A stretch of 64,000 nt of DNA from Methylotenera oryzisoli (GTDB lineage: Bacteria; Pseudomonadota; Gammaproteobacteria; Burkholderiales; Methylophilaceae), in NCBI GenBank assembly GCA_945872425.1, contig CAMBZE010000003.1:938-64937 (forward strand), written 5' to 3'. The translations under genes were made by a program, and so were the position numbers. Under the pieces are notes generated by a model. The model was not told where the DNA came from, made no database searches, and saw only the letters and a list, made by a program, of their open reading frames with translations. Below, piece by piece: positions 1 to 8,709 of the stretch; position 1 is the first letter of the stretch, and every line of letters starts with the position of its first letter.

Positions 1-1
1 G

Positions 2-802
2 CGCTTTGTGTTGATTGCAAAGATACTTAACAAGGAACAATATTTACAGGCTGGCAATTACACGCTGAACAAGAATGTTTCACCCTATCAATTATTGTTA
101 TCTTTAAATCATGGTAAAACAACGCAAGGCAGTGTGACGTTTATTGAGGGGCGCACTTTTATGCAAATGCGCGAGAAACTCACTAAGAATGACGCGGTGA
201 AACAATCCATTGCGGATTTATCTGATCCTGAAATATTGAAACTTGTGGGCTCGTCACACAAGATAGCTGAGGGCTTGTTTTTTCCTGATACGTTCTATTT
301 TGATCGTAATACCAGTGATGTTGCGTTGCTACAGATTAGTTACGATGCCATGCAATCCAAATTAGAGAAAGCCTGGCAAAACCGAGATCAAAACTTACCC
401 TATCAGAATAGCTATCAGGCGTTAATTATGGCTTCAATCATTGAAAAAGAGACCGGCAAAGCCAGTGAAAGACCCATGATTGCTGGCGTTTTTGTTAATC
501 GACTACGCTTAGGTATGCGTTTACAAACGGATCCCACGGTCATTTATGGCATGGGCGCACGATATGATGGCAATATTCGCAAAAAAGATTTAATGACGGA
601 TACGCCGTACAACACTTACACCAGAGATGGCCTGCCGCCTACGCCGATTGCCATGCCTGGACTGGCGGCTATTAAAGCGGCTTTGCATCCTGAAAAAACC
701 AAGGCGCTATATTTTGTGGGGAAGGGCGATGGCAGCCATGTCTTTTCTAACAATTTGGATGAGCATAATCGAGCGGTAGCGCGTTACCAGTTAAAAAAGT
801 AA
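2..802 (+). CDS. mltG: Endolytic transglycosylase MltG (YceG), 5'-truncated by the window edge
   Basis: Frame is open to the window start. Contains ASIIEKET (catalytic Glu), [16 protein letters not shown] and [11 protein letters not shown]; lies upstream of tmk as usual. Confidence 0.95.
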   Translation, partial: RFVLIAKILNKEQYLQAGNYTLNKNVSPYQLLLSLNHGKTTQGSVTFIEGRTFMQMREKLTKNDAVKQSIADLSDPEILKLVGSSHKIAEGLFFPDTFYFDRNTSDVALLQISYDAMQSKLEKAWQNRDQNLPYQNSYQALIMASIIEKETGKASERPMIAGVFVNRLRLGMRLQTDPTVIYGMGARYDGNIRKKDLMTDTPYNTYTRDGLPPTPIAMPGLAAIKAALHPEKTKALYFVGKGDGSHVFSNNLDEHNRAVARYQLKK

Positions 803-806
803 ATTC

Positions 807-1412
807 ATGAGAGCCAAATTTATTACATTAGAAGGTATGGATGGCGCTGGCAAAAGCACGCACATTCCCAATATCATCGCAGCACTTAAAGCGCGCGGGT
901 TAGAGGTGGTTTCAACTCGCGAACCCGGGGGCACGGCCTTAGGTGAGCGTTTACGTGAAATGTTGCTACATGAAACCATGCACGCTGAAACTGAAACCCT
1001 GTTAATGTTCGCTGCGCGACGTGAACATATTGCCAATGTCATCGCTCCTGCGCTGGCTCGCGGCGCTTGTGTTTTGTCCGATCGATTTACAGATGCTACT
1101 TATGCCTATCAATGCGGGGCAAAAGGGGTGTTGGCTGCAAAAATTGAAATGCTGGAACAATGGGTGCAGGAAGATTTGCAGCCAGACCTGACCTTATTAT
1201 TCGATGTGCCGGTAGAAGTGAGCATGGAGCGCTTGTCCAGCGCACGCGCCCCAGATAAGTTTGAACGTGAATCCGCAGAATTTTTTACGCGTATTCGTCA
1301 TGCCTATTTACAGCGCGCACGTGAAAATCCCGCAAGATTCAGAGTGATTGATGCCAGTAGGCCGCTGGAAGAAGTTGCTAAAACAGTTGAAGACATTATT
1401 GCAACACTATAA
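807..1412 (+). CDS. tmk: Thymidylate kinase
   Basis: P-loop [17 protein letters not shown] and SDRF motifs; mltG-tmk-holB synteny. Confidence 0.97.
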   Translation: MRAKFITLEGMDGAGKSTHIPNIIAALKARGLEVVSTREPGGTALGERLREMLLHETMHAETETLLMFAARREHIANVIAPALARGACVLSDRFTDATYAYQCGAKGVLAAKIEMLEQWVQEDLQPDLTLLFDVPVEVSMERLSSARAPDKFERESAEFFTRIRHAYLQRARENPARFRVIDASRPLEEVAKTVEDIIATL

Positions 1413-1417
1413 TTTAT

Positions 1418-2428
1418 ATGGATAATTTTATTAAAATATATCCTTGGCAAACTGAAGTTTGGCAGCGTTTGAATCAAGATAATCAACGGTTACCACACGC
1501 GCTTTTATTACATGGGCGCACCGGTATCGGCAAATATGATTTTGCACGCAGTTTTAGCCAATCGCTGTTATGTGCAAATAAAAAGCAGGATGGTAAAGCC
1601 TGCGGGCAATGTTCGAGTTGTCATTGGTTTAATGATGAAAGTCACCCGGATTTTCGCTTACTTAGCCCGGAACAAGAATCCGAAGCTGAAGAAGAAGTGA
1701 CAACCACAAAAAAAACCAAGAAAAAAACACAAATTTCTGTGGCTCAGATTCGTGAGTTGAATGATTTTTTAAGTCTAACCAGCCATCGCAGCCATGGTTT
1801 ACGCATTGTTTTGATTCATCCGGCTGAAGCGCTTAACCTAGCCTCAGCCAACGCCTTGCTAAAAATGTTGGAAGAGCCCGCGCCCGGGGTAGTTTTTATT
1901 TTGGTCGCACATCAATTGCAGCGCCTGTTGCCCACCATTATCAGTCGATGTCAAAAAATCAATATGCCAATCCCGGATGAAAATCAGGCGCTGGCATGGC
2001 TGACAGAGCAGGGCGTTCAACATGCCAAACAGCAACTGGCCTACCTGGAAGGCTCTCCTGTTAAGGTGCTTGCGGAGCAGATGCAATTTAACCAATTAAT
2101 GGAAATATGGCGAGTACTGAGTCTCGGTCATAAACTTGAGCCGCACAGCGCCGCACCTATTGTCATCGCAAATTCGGTGGAAGCGGGGATTATTGCAATC
2201 CAAAAATGGATATATGATATTGTTGCAGTCAAATTTGGACGGCAAATACGCTACCATGTACAGAATACGGGCACTTTGCAAGCGCTGGCGGAAAAAGTAA
2301 ACATGAGTCGTTTGTTTGATATGCAGAAAAAAACGAATGAACTGCGCAAACTTGCATTGCATCCATTAAATCATGAATTACAAATGGAAGGCTTATTGCT
2401 TGAATACACCAAGATTTTTCAATCTTGA
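1418..2428 (+). CDS. holB: DNA polymerase III delta' subunit
   Basis: PHALLLHG..GIGK, Zn motif CGQCSSC, HPDF, ANALLKMLEEP, TIISRCQ. Confidence 0.96.
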   Translation: MDNFIKIYPWQTEVWQRLNQDNQRLPHALLLHGRTGIGKYDFARSFSQSLLCANKKQDGKACGQCSSCHWFNDESHPDFRLLSPEQESEAEEEVTTTKKTKKKTQISVAQIRELNDFLSLTSHRSHGLRIVLIHPAEALNLASANALLKMLEEPAPGVVFILVAHQLQRLLPTIISRCQKINMPIPDENQALAWLTEQGVQHAKQQLAYLEGSPVKVLAEQMQFNQLMEIWRVLSLGHKLEPHSAAPIVIANSVEAGIIAIQKWIYDIVAVKFGRQIRYHVQNTGTLQALAEKVNMSRLFDMQKKTNELRKLALHPLNHELQMEGLLLEYTKIFQS

Positions 2429-2467
2429 TCATCAATAATTAGAAGCACATTGCTCCCACAAACTATC

Positions 2468-3238
2468 ATGCTCGTTGATTCTCACTGCCACCTTAATTTT
2501 CCAGAACTAGCCGAAAATCTACCTGCTATTAAGCAATCCATGCAAGCTAACGCAGTCGGGCATGCACTATGTATTTCCGTGACGCTTCCTGACTTTCCAC
2601 AAGTGTTGGCATTAGCAGAAGCCAATGAAAATTTTTATGCCTCTGTGGGCGTACACCCGGATTATGAGAATATAGAAGAGCCTACTGTAAATGGTTTACT
2701 GGCACTCGCAAACCATTCTAAAGTGATTGCGATTGGTGAAACTGGTTTAGATTATTTCAGGCTCACTGGGGATTTGGAGTGGCAGCGTACACGTTTCCGC
2801 ACTCATATACGAGCCGCTATTCAGTGTGGAAAGCCGTTAATTATCCATACACGCAATGCGGCAGAAGATACCTTGCGCATCATGCGCGAAGAAAATGCAC
2901 AGCAAGTGGGCGGTGTGATGCATTGCTTCACTGAGAGCCTAGACGTGGCGTTGCAAGCCATCGCGCTTGGTTTTTATATATCATTTTCAGGTATCGTAAC
3001 TTTTAAAAATGCATTATCAATTAAAGAGGTTGCAAAGTCGGTGCCATTGGACAGAATTTTAGTGGAAACTGACTCACCTTATCTTGCACCTATGCCATAT
3101 CGTGGCAAAATCAACCAGCCTAGCTATGTAAAATACGTTGCAGAAGAAATCGCAAAACTACGTGGGGTATCATTCGAAGCGGTTTCTACAGCGACCACAG
3201 AAAATTTCTTTCGTTTATTTAAACAAGCAACTCGCTAG
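2468..3238 (+). CDS. tatD: TatD family hydrolase (YcfH-like); ATG 2468 is the likely start (ORF track starts at TTG 2450)
   Basis: DSHCHL, GVHP, AIGETGLD, IHTR, HCF and ETDSPYL motifs. Confidence 0.93.
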   Translation: MLVDSHCHLNFPELAENLPAIKQSMQANAVGHALCISVTLPDFPQVLALAEANENFYASVGVHPDYENIEEPTVNGLLALANHSKVIAIGETGLDYFRLTGDLEWQRTRFRTHIRAAIQCGKPLIIHTRNAAEDTLRIMREENAQQVGGVMHCFTESLDVALQAIALGFYISFSGIVTFKNALSIKEVAKSVPLDRILVETDSPYLAPMPYRGKINQPSYVKYVAEEIAKLRGVSFEAVSTATTENFFRLFKQATR

Positions 3239-3284
3239 CAGCTAATCAGTGAGATAATAAGGCACTATTTTTGGAGAAATTAAG

Positions 3285-3671
3285 ATGCAATTTATAAGTA
3301 AAAAATTATTTTTAAGTTTTGCCATGGCAATATTTTTAGCGGTAACCTTTTCTGGCGCGCATGCCGCACCGCCTAAAAATAAAACCTACACTGAAGATGA
3401 ATTTTTGAATGCATTTAGCGGTAAATCAATGAAAGTCATTACTGAAAAACTGGGGCAACCTTTCAAAAAAGAATTATCGGTTAAGCCATCCGGGGCATCC
3501 ACTGTCATGCTCAAGGCTGGGGCGGACGAGAAAAATTCCAAGCCAGTTAAAGTTGAAATGTGGTATTACAAAAACTTGGTGAAGTATGATCCGAAGCGTA
3601 CTTATAAAGAAACAGAAATTACTTTTGTTAATGACAAAGCCATGAATATTGCATTTTTTAACAATCGGTAA
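3285..3671 (+). CDS. Secreted/periplasmic hypothetical protein (possible SmpA/BamE-like alpha-beta fold)
   Basis: GGAG RBS, Sec signal ending AHA-A, and a 'KLGQP...WYY' pattern reminiscent of SmpA/OmlA-like domains. Confidence 0.6.
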   Translation: MQFISKKLFLSFAMAIFLAVTFSGAHAAPPKNKTYTEDEFLNAFSGKSMKVITEKLGQPFKKELSVKPSGASTVMLKAGADEKNSKPVKVEMWYYKNLVKYDPKRTYKETEITFVNDKAMNIAFFNNR

Positions 3672-3719
3672 TAGATTTTTATTTTGGGAAAATTGCCCGA
3701 GAGACCATTCGTAACCTTA

Positions 3720-3800
3720 ATGATGAAGCCCACCAAATACTCAATCTGCTGTGCGTCAATTGCTCAGCAGCTTCAATTTACCTCATGTCGCACCAAGTAA
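3720..3800 (+). CDS. Putative 26-aa Cys-containing leader peptide MMKPTKYSICCASIAQQLQFTSCRTK, in frame with acr3
   Basis: ATG 3720 to TAA 3800 read directly from the sequence; stop lies 3 nt before the acr3 ATG. RBS is weak and the ORF is below the track's length cutoff. Confidence 0.3.
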   Translation: MMKPTKYSICCASIAQQLQFTSCRTK

Positions 3801-3803
3801 ATC

Positions 3804-4862
3804 ATGACGACGAATACTAACTCTTCAGCAGATGCTCCAAAAATTGGTGCGTTTGAGCGCAACCTTACATGGTGGGTGTTGGCTTGCATCATCATTGGCA
3901 TCAGCCTGGGTAAGCTTAACCCTGCATTTTTTCAAGCGGCAGGCAGCATTAAAATTGCCGAAGTGAATTTGATTGTGGCCGTGTTGATTTGGCTGATGAT
4001 TATTCCTATGTTGCTAAAAATCGACTTCGGCGCCATGAGTGATGTATTGCAACATAGCAAAGGCATCGGCGTTACACTTTTTATCAACTGGGTTGTCAAG
4101 CCGTTCTCAATGGCGCTGCTGGCTTGGATATTCATCAGGCACTTATTTGCTGACTATCTGCCAATGGAACAGCTGGATAGTTATATTGCCGGGTTGATTT
4201 TACTTGCCGCCGCGCCATGTACAGCAATGGTGTTCGTATGGAGCGGACTATGTAATGGCGAGCCAAAATTCACGCTTTCTCAGGTCGCTCTCAATGACGC
4301 CATCATGTTATTTGCATTTGCACCTCTTGTAGCCTTGCTGCTCGGGCTATCCAGCATTACGGTTCCCTGGAATACTCTTTTCTTGTCTGTATTGCTGTTT
4401 ATTGTGGTGCCTGTGGTTGTCAGTCAGGTATGGCGCAGGCTGCTGTTATTAAAAGGTCAAAAGGCTTTAGATGAAACGCTTAAGCGCTTGCACCCAATTT
4501 CACTTACCGCATTATTGGTGACTTTGGTTTTGCTGTTTGGCTTTCAAGGGCAGCAGATACTGGCTCAGCCCATGATTATCGGTTTGCTGGCAGTGCCTAT
4601 TACCATTCAGGTTTATTTTAACGCCATGCTTGCTTATTGGCTTAACAAGCAACTGAAAGTTGCGCATTGTGTGGCCGGGCCATCCGCTTTGATAGGCGCT
4701 TCAAATTTCTTTGAATTGGCGGTTGCTACCGCTATTGCCTTGTTTGGTTTTAATTCAGGCGCGGCGCTAGCAACGGTTGTGGGGGTGTTAATAGAAGTGC
4801 CGGTGATGCTGTCGGTTGTATCCATTGTGAATCGCAGTCGTGGTTGGTATGAAGCCAATTAG
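3804..4862 (+). CDS. acr3: Arsenite efflux permease, Acr3 family
   Basis: FERNLTWWV, AAAPCTAMVFVWS (conserved Cys), GASNFFELAVA (conserved Glu), GVLIEVPVML; about 10 hydrophobic segments. Confidence 0.93.
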   Translation: MTTNTNSSADAPKIGAFERNLTWWVLACIIIGISLGKLNPAFFQAAGSIKIAEVNLIVAVLIWLMIIPMLLKIDFGAMSDVLQHSKGIGVTLFINWVVKPFSMALLAWIFIRHLFADYLPMEQLDSYIAGLILLAAAPCTAMVFVWSGLCNGEPKFTLSQVALNDAIMLFAFAPLVALLLGLSSITVPWNTLFLSVLLFIVVPVVVSQVWRRLLLLKGQKALDETLKRLHPISLTALLVTLVLLFGFQGQQILAQPMIIGLLAVPITIQVYFNAMLAYWLNKQLKVAHCVAGPSALIGASNFFELAVATAIALFGFNSGAALATVVGVLIEVPVMLSVVSIVNRSRGWYEAN

Positions 4863-4885
4863 CGTTTGAGAAAAAGAATGAATAA

Positions 4886-4910
4886 AAAAAGCACCCACAG
4901 GGTGCTTTTT
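4886..4910. terminator. Bidirectional intrinsic terminator between convergent acr3 and the PepSY gene
   Basis: aaaaagcaccc-aca-gggtgcttttt perfect hairpin with A/T tracts. Confidence 0.85.
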
Positions 4911-4931
4911 GTTGTTAGCATTAGGTAACGA

Positions 4932-5450
4932 TTACTCTATACCGATTTGATAGACTTCTTCCTCTGGTTCTTCTGCCAATTTACCAGTCACTGCATCAAC
5001 TTCCACTTCTACTTCCTTGCCATCAGCAGTTTTGATGTCGAATTCATAAGAAGGGTTGCCATTCGCTTCAACTGAGAACTCGGTTTCAATGATTTCCCCT
5101 GGTTGTTTAGCAAGGGCAGTCTTTTTGGCATCGTCTAGGCTAACCTTGGCTTTGCTCTTGAATGCAGCGTCATCCGCACTGGCAACTTCCATCTCTTCTT
5201 CTGTCACCTTGCCTGACTTGGCATCACACTCAACTTCCCACTCCTTGCCATCTTTACCTTTGATATCGAATTCATAAATGGGCTTACCATTTTCAACTTC
5301 CGCTTCGAGTGAGAGCACTTGGCCTGGGTGTTTTGCCAAAGCCGCTTTCATACAGGTTTCCATTTTTCCAGTATGAGCATGTCCACCGGCGTAAGCTAGT
5401 GTACTCATAAAAGCGGATGCCAAAGCTATTACCACTATTTTCTTGTTCAT
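4932..5450 (-). CDS. lanP: Periplasmic tandem-PepSY protein, lanpepsy (LanP)-like lanthanide-binding candidate
   Basis: Signal peptide (AYA-G); two PepSY repeats (YEFDIKGKDGKEWEVECDAKSG / YEFDIKTADGKEVEVEVDAVTG); about 36 Asp/Glu in the ~150-aa mature chain; C-terminus EEEVYQIGIE. The symbol is by resemblance only. Confidence 0.65.
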   Translation of the reverse strand: MNKKIVVIALASAFMSTLAYAGGHAHTGKMETCMKAALAKHPGQVLSLEAEVENGKPIYEFDIKGKDGKEWEVECDAKSGKVTEEEMEVASADDAAFKSKAKVSLDDAKKTALAKQPGEIIETEFSVEANGNPSYEFDIKTADGKEVEVEVDAVTGKLAEEPEEEVYQIGIE

Positions 5451-5635
5451 TTCAATCTCCTTTGTGACGTTAAAAATAAAAAATTCCCATCTGCTGCAAG
5501 CTTGATTATAATGAGATGTAAATTATTTTTCAAGAAATAACTTATTGATTTATATAGGAATTATGGTTTAATTCAGCCGAATAGTGGCTGTATATAACCA
5601 TATAAATTACCAATTAACTTTAAAGAAATGACGCT

Positions 5636-6277
5636 ATGGATAATGTGCCTGATATTGTTGACTCTGTACTCTACTTTTTAGCGGGATTATCTATCCTGAC
5701 TTGGACTATTTTGATAGTGAAGAGTTATGTGTTTTTGCGGCAAAAGCAAGCCAACATTGAGTTGCTATCCGGTTACGCTGGAGTCACACGTTTAACCAAA
5801 TTGCCTGAAGTGCTATACAAAGCAAAAGGGTCATTAAGCAGCCTTAGCAATAAGGCCATGCATGATCTTATTGCCTGGAACAAGGATGCTTCGCTGGACG
5901 TTAACGTGTTCCACGATATGTTGCGGCAATCATTGCGAGAAGAGCGCCATCGGCAACAAGTGCGCCTGGAAAGCGGTCTGGCTGTACTTGCGAGTATAGG
6001 CTCCACTTCGCCATTTATTGGCTTGTTCGGCACCGTATGGGGCATCATGCATGCGTTGAAAGGTATTTCTGCCTCTGGTTCAGCTGGCTTGGACGTAGTT
6101 GCTGGCCCGATTGGTGAAGCGCTCATTGCCACGGCTGCGGGTATCGCAGCGGCAATTCCCGCAGTGCTTGCCTATAATTATTTTTTACGTCAATCGCGCC
6201 TAGCTGCGGCAGATATGGATCACTTCTCCGAACGCTTACAAATACTGGCTAAACATTCAGATTACAAGGTAGATTAA
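5636..6277 (+). CDS. exbB: MotA/TolQ/ExbB proton channel
   Basis: LASIGSTSPFIGLFGTVWGIM, IGEALIATAAGIAAAIPAVLAYNYF. Confidence 0.92.
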   Translation: MDNVPDIVDSVLYFLAGLSILTWTILIVKSYVFLRQKQANIELLSGYAGVTRLTKLPEVLYKAKGSLSSLSNKAMHDLIAWNKDASLDVNVFHDMLRQSLREERHRQQVRLESGLAVLASIGSTSPFIGLFGTVWGIMHALKGISASGSAGLDVVAGPIGEALIATAAGIAAAIPAVLAYNYFLRQSRLAAADMDHFSERLQILAKHSDYKVD

Positions 6278-6278
6278 C

Positions 6279-6701
6279 ATGTCCATGGATAACCATGCTG
6301 AAGGCGGCATGATGAGCGAGATTAACGTAACACCGTTGGTGGATGTGATGTTGGTATTGCTCACGGTGTTCATTGTCACCGCGCCACTGCTCATGAATTC
6401 AGTGGCGGTCAAACTACCCAAAGTTGCAGCGACCACTTCATTGCAAAAAATGAATGACGTCAAAGTGAGTATTACCTCAGCGACTGAGGTATATATAGAT
6501 GAAACACAAATTGCCGCCTCAACTTTGGAAGCTGAGCTAAGAAAAAGAAATAATAAAGGGGATCTGCAAGTGCAAATCATGGCGGATGAAAGCGTAGCTT
6601 ATCGTGAAGTAGCTAAAGCCATGGCACAAATTCAGCGCGCAGGGGTGAGCAAGTTTACCTTTGTCATGTTGCCAGATAGCACTGTGCAATCTGCCCATTA
6701 G
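6279..6701 (+). CDS. exbD: ExbD/TolR biopolymer transport protein
   Basis: SEINVTPLVDVMLVLLTVFIVTAPL, IMADESVAY. Confidence 0.92.
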   Translation: MSMDNHAEGGMMSEINVTPLVDVMLVLLTVFIVTAPLLMNSVAVKLPKVAATTSLQKMNDVKVSITSATEVYIDETQIAASTLEAELRKRNNKGDLQVQIMADESVAYREVAKAMAQIQRAGVSKFTFVMLPDSTVQSAH

Positions 6702-6724
6702 TTATTGAATGGGCATAGGATTAA

Positions 6725-7507
6725 GTGAAGCTATCTCTGAATGAACAACTGCATAATGAGCGGCATGAGTCTGATTCATTTGTAATAAGTCTGGCTTTTG
6801 CTATTTCGTTAGCGCTGCACGTTAGCATTATACTTGCACTACCCTGGATTGAAGCTACCAAAGCAAAACCACCTATTACTATCGTTGCTGAACTTCTACA
6901 ACCCTCACCACCAATAGAAGTTCCAGCAGAACCTAAACCCGTTGAGCCCCCAGTTAAACCAGAGATTGTGAAGGTTGAACGCACACTTACACCTAAGCCA
7001 GACACGCCGGCGCCAAAACCTCAATCCGTAGCGCAACCAGTACTGGCGGCAGAGAATTTGGCACAAGCCCCCAGCGATTACAGCGTGCCTGATATACCAA
7101 AACCCACGATTGTGCCTAACGAGCCAACAGCACCTGCAGCACCGGAGTTGCCTTCAACATCCTTCACAAAGAATGAAATTATCCCAACAACATCCAACAC
7201 CACTTGGGATGACGATGATTTGTGGGGTGAATATGGAAATAATCTACAAAGACAGGTTGAGCGCAATAAACAATACCCAGCCATTGCGCTCAGGCGTGGC
7301 TGGCAGGGTTTGGCAAAAGTACTCGTTCATTTTTCCTCAGAAGGAAAAGCCATCAGTGTCACCATAGGAAAATCAGCGGGGAAGAAATTATTAGATGACC
7401 AAGCCATAGAAATGGTCCAAAAAAGCCTCAATGATTTACCAGTGCCCAATAAATTCAAAGACAGAGAATTCAAGTTAACTATTCCTGTGGATTTTAAGCT
7501 TGAATAG
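6725..7507 (+). CDS. tonB: Energy transducer TonB
   Basis: N-terminal TM with SLALH, Pro-rich spacer, YPAIALRRGWQG, LLDDQAIEMV, IPVDFKL. Confidence 0.9.
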   Translation: MKLSLNEQLHNERHESDSFVISLAFAISLALHVSIILALPWIEATKAKPPITIVAELLQPSPPIEVPAEPKPVEPPVKPEIVKVERTLTPKPDTPAPKPQSVAQPVLAAENLAQAPSDYSVPDIPKPTIVPNEPTAPAAPELPSTSFTKNEIIPTTSNTTWDDDDLWGEYGNNLQRQVERNKQYPAIALRRGWQGLAKVLVHFSSEGKAISVTIGKSAGKKLLDDQAIEMVQKSLNDLPVPNKFKDREFKLTIPVDFKLE

Positions 7508-7722
7508 ACATTTAGCGGATGCTGAAATGCTGCATTATTCTTCTGATTATGGTTGGATTAATCGTGTTGAAGAAACTTCAATTTTTAGGTTATAAGGTTT
7601 AAATATTTCCTTGATATCTTGCGCTTAATTTTCTGACGCGCCCGATTTGCTAGTCATTTATTGGTTTGATAAACCTTTTCTGCGATAATGTCGTTTTTGT
7701 TTTTTATTGAAAGTTAAAGCAA

Positions 7723-8034
7723 ATGGCGCAATTTGATCATGTCAGTGTAAAAAAGAAAGCCAATATTTATTTTGATGGTAAGTGTGTCAGCCATACTGTG
7801 ATGTTTCCAAATGGCACACGCAGCACTATTGGAGTCATTTTTCCTAGTACTCTTACGTTTAATACCGCTGCGCCTGAGTTGATGGAAATCAATGTGGGGG
7901 TATGTAAAGTGCGCCTTAAAGGTGAAGATGGCTGGAAAACATACAGTGCCGGCGAAAAGTTTACTGTGCCAGGAAACTCATCATTTGATATTGAGACAGT
8001 GGAAACATTAGACTACGTTTGTCACTTTGAATAA
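7723..8034 (+). CDS. ppnP: Pyrimidine/purine nucleoside phosphorylase (YaiE/DUF1255)
   Basis: [40 protein letters not shown]. Confidence 0.9.
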   Translation: MAQFDHVSVKKKANIYFDGKCVSHTVMFPNGTRSTIGVIFPSTLTFNTAAPELMEINVGVCKVRLKGEDGWKTYSAGEKFTVPGNSSFDIETVETLDYVCHFE

Positions 8035-8037
8035 TGC

Positions 8038-8138
8038 TTTCGTTATAAATCGCGCGATAACCTTGTTGTCATCACTCGCCGTACTCTTTGTACTTGCTTC
8101 GCTCTGACGCTTCGTTCTCGCACAATTTCTTAACGAAA
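8038..8138. repeat. ~100-bp ERIC/MITE-like imperfect palindrome (family A)
   Basis: Arms tttcgttataaatcgcgcgataac / gttctcgcacaatttcttaacgaaa are imperfect reverse complements. The core gtac-N5-gtac resembles 37478-37582. Confidence 0.65.
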
Positions 8139-8174
8139 CCGAGTGGTTTCTGAAAGATTGTAAAAGGATAAAAT

Positions 8175-8669
8175 ATGCCTTCATTTGATATTAGTTCAGA
8201 AGTTGATATGGTCGCGTTGAAAAACGCGATTGATACCGCGGGTAAACAAATCACCAATCGTTATGACTTCAAGGGTAGTTCGGCCAAGGTCGAACTGAAT
8301 GAGAAAGACAGCGTCATTACCCTTTTTGGCGATAATGATTTTCAGCTAGATCAGGTGAAAGATATTTTGCTGCCTGCGATGGAAAAGAAAGAGCCGGATT
8401 CATCAAAACGTCTTGATCATAAAGATGTGCAGAAAATATCAGGCAATAAAGTAAAGCAGGAGATGAGAATCCGTGCCGGAATTGATAGTGATTTAGCTAA
8501 GCGTATCACCAAGTTGATTAAAGATTCCGGTATGAAAGTGCAGGCAAGTATTCAAGGTGACACGGTGCGCGTTAACGGTGCAAAGCGTGACGTGTTGCAG
8601 GATGCCATTGCCTTTGTAAAAAAAAATGTAACGGATTTTCCGCTGCAGTTTGGTAATTTTAGGGACTAA
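8175..8669 (+). CDS. yajQ: YajQ family nucleotide (c-di-GMP)-binding protein
   Basis: MPSFDISSEVD, NRYDFKG, KVQASIQGDTVRV.G.KRD.LQ, PLQFGNFRD. Confidence 0.95.
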   Translation: MPSFDISSEVDMVALKNAIDTAGKQITNRYDFKGSSAKVELNEKDSVITLFGDNDFQLDQVKDILLPAMEKKEPDSSKRLDHKDVQKISGNKVKQEMRIRAGIDSDLAKRITKLIKDSGMKVQASIQGDTVRVNGAKRDVLQDAIAFVKKNVTDFPLQFGNFRD

Positions 8670-8709
8670 GTAGGCGCGATATAAACGGCGCTTTATGAAG
8701 CAGAGAAAT

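Noticed and set aside
3686-3735. Possible fluoride (crcB) riboswitch upstream of acr3 (contains tgatga)
   Set aside because: The 5' GGnGATGG/pseudoknot elements of the motif are absent; only a short word matches.
5500-5530. Fur-box-like tataatgagatgtaaatta between the PepSY gene and exbB
   Set aside because: Only about 11/19 matches in an AT-rich region; cannot be separated from a -10 element without a position-weight-matrix scan.
8670-8691. Degenerate GTAG REP (gtaggcgcgat...gcgc) after yajQ
   Set aside because: The stem is only about 4 bp; too weak to call.
8670-8709. Leucine attenuator or leader peptide before leuC
   Set aside because: No Leu-codon run and no terminator hairpin in the short spacer.
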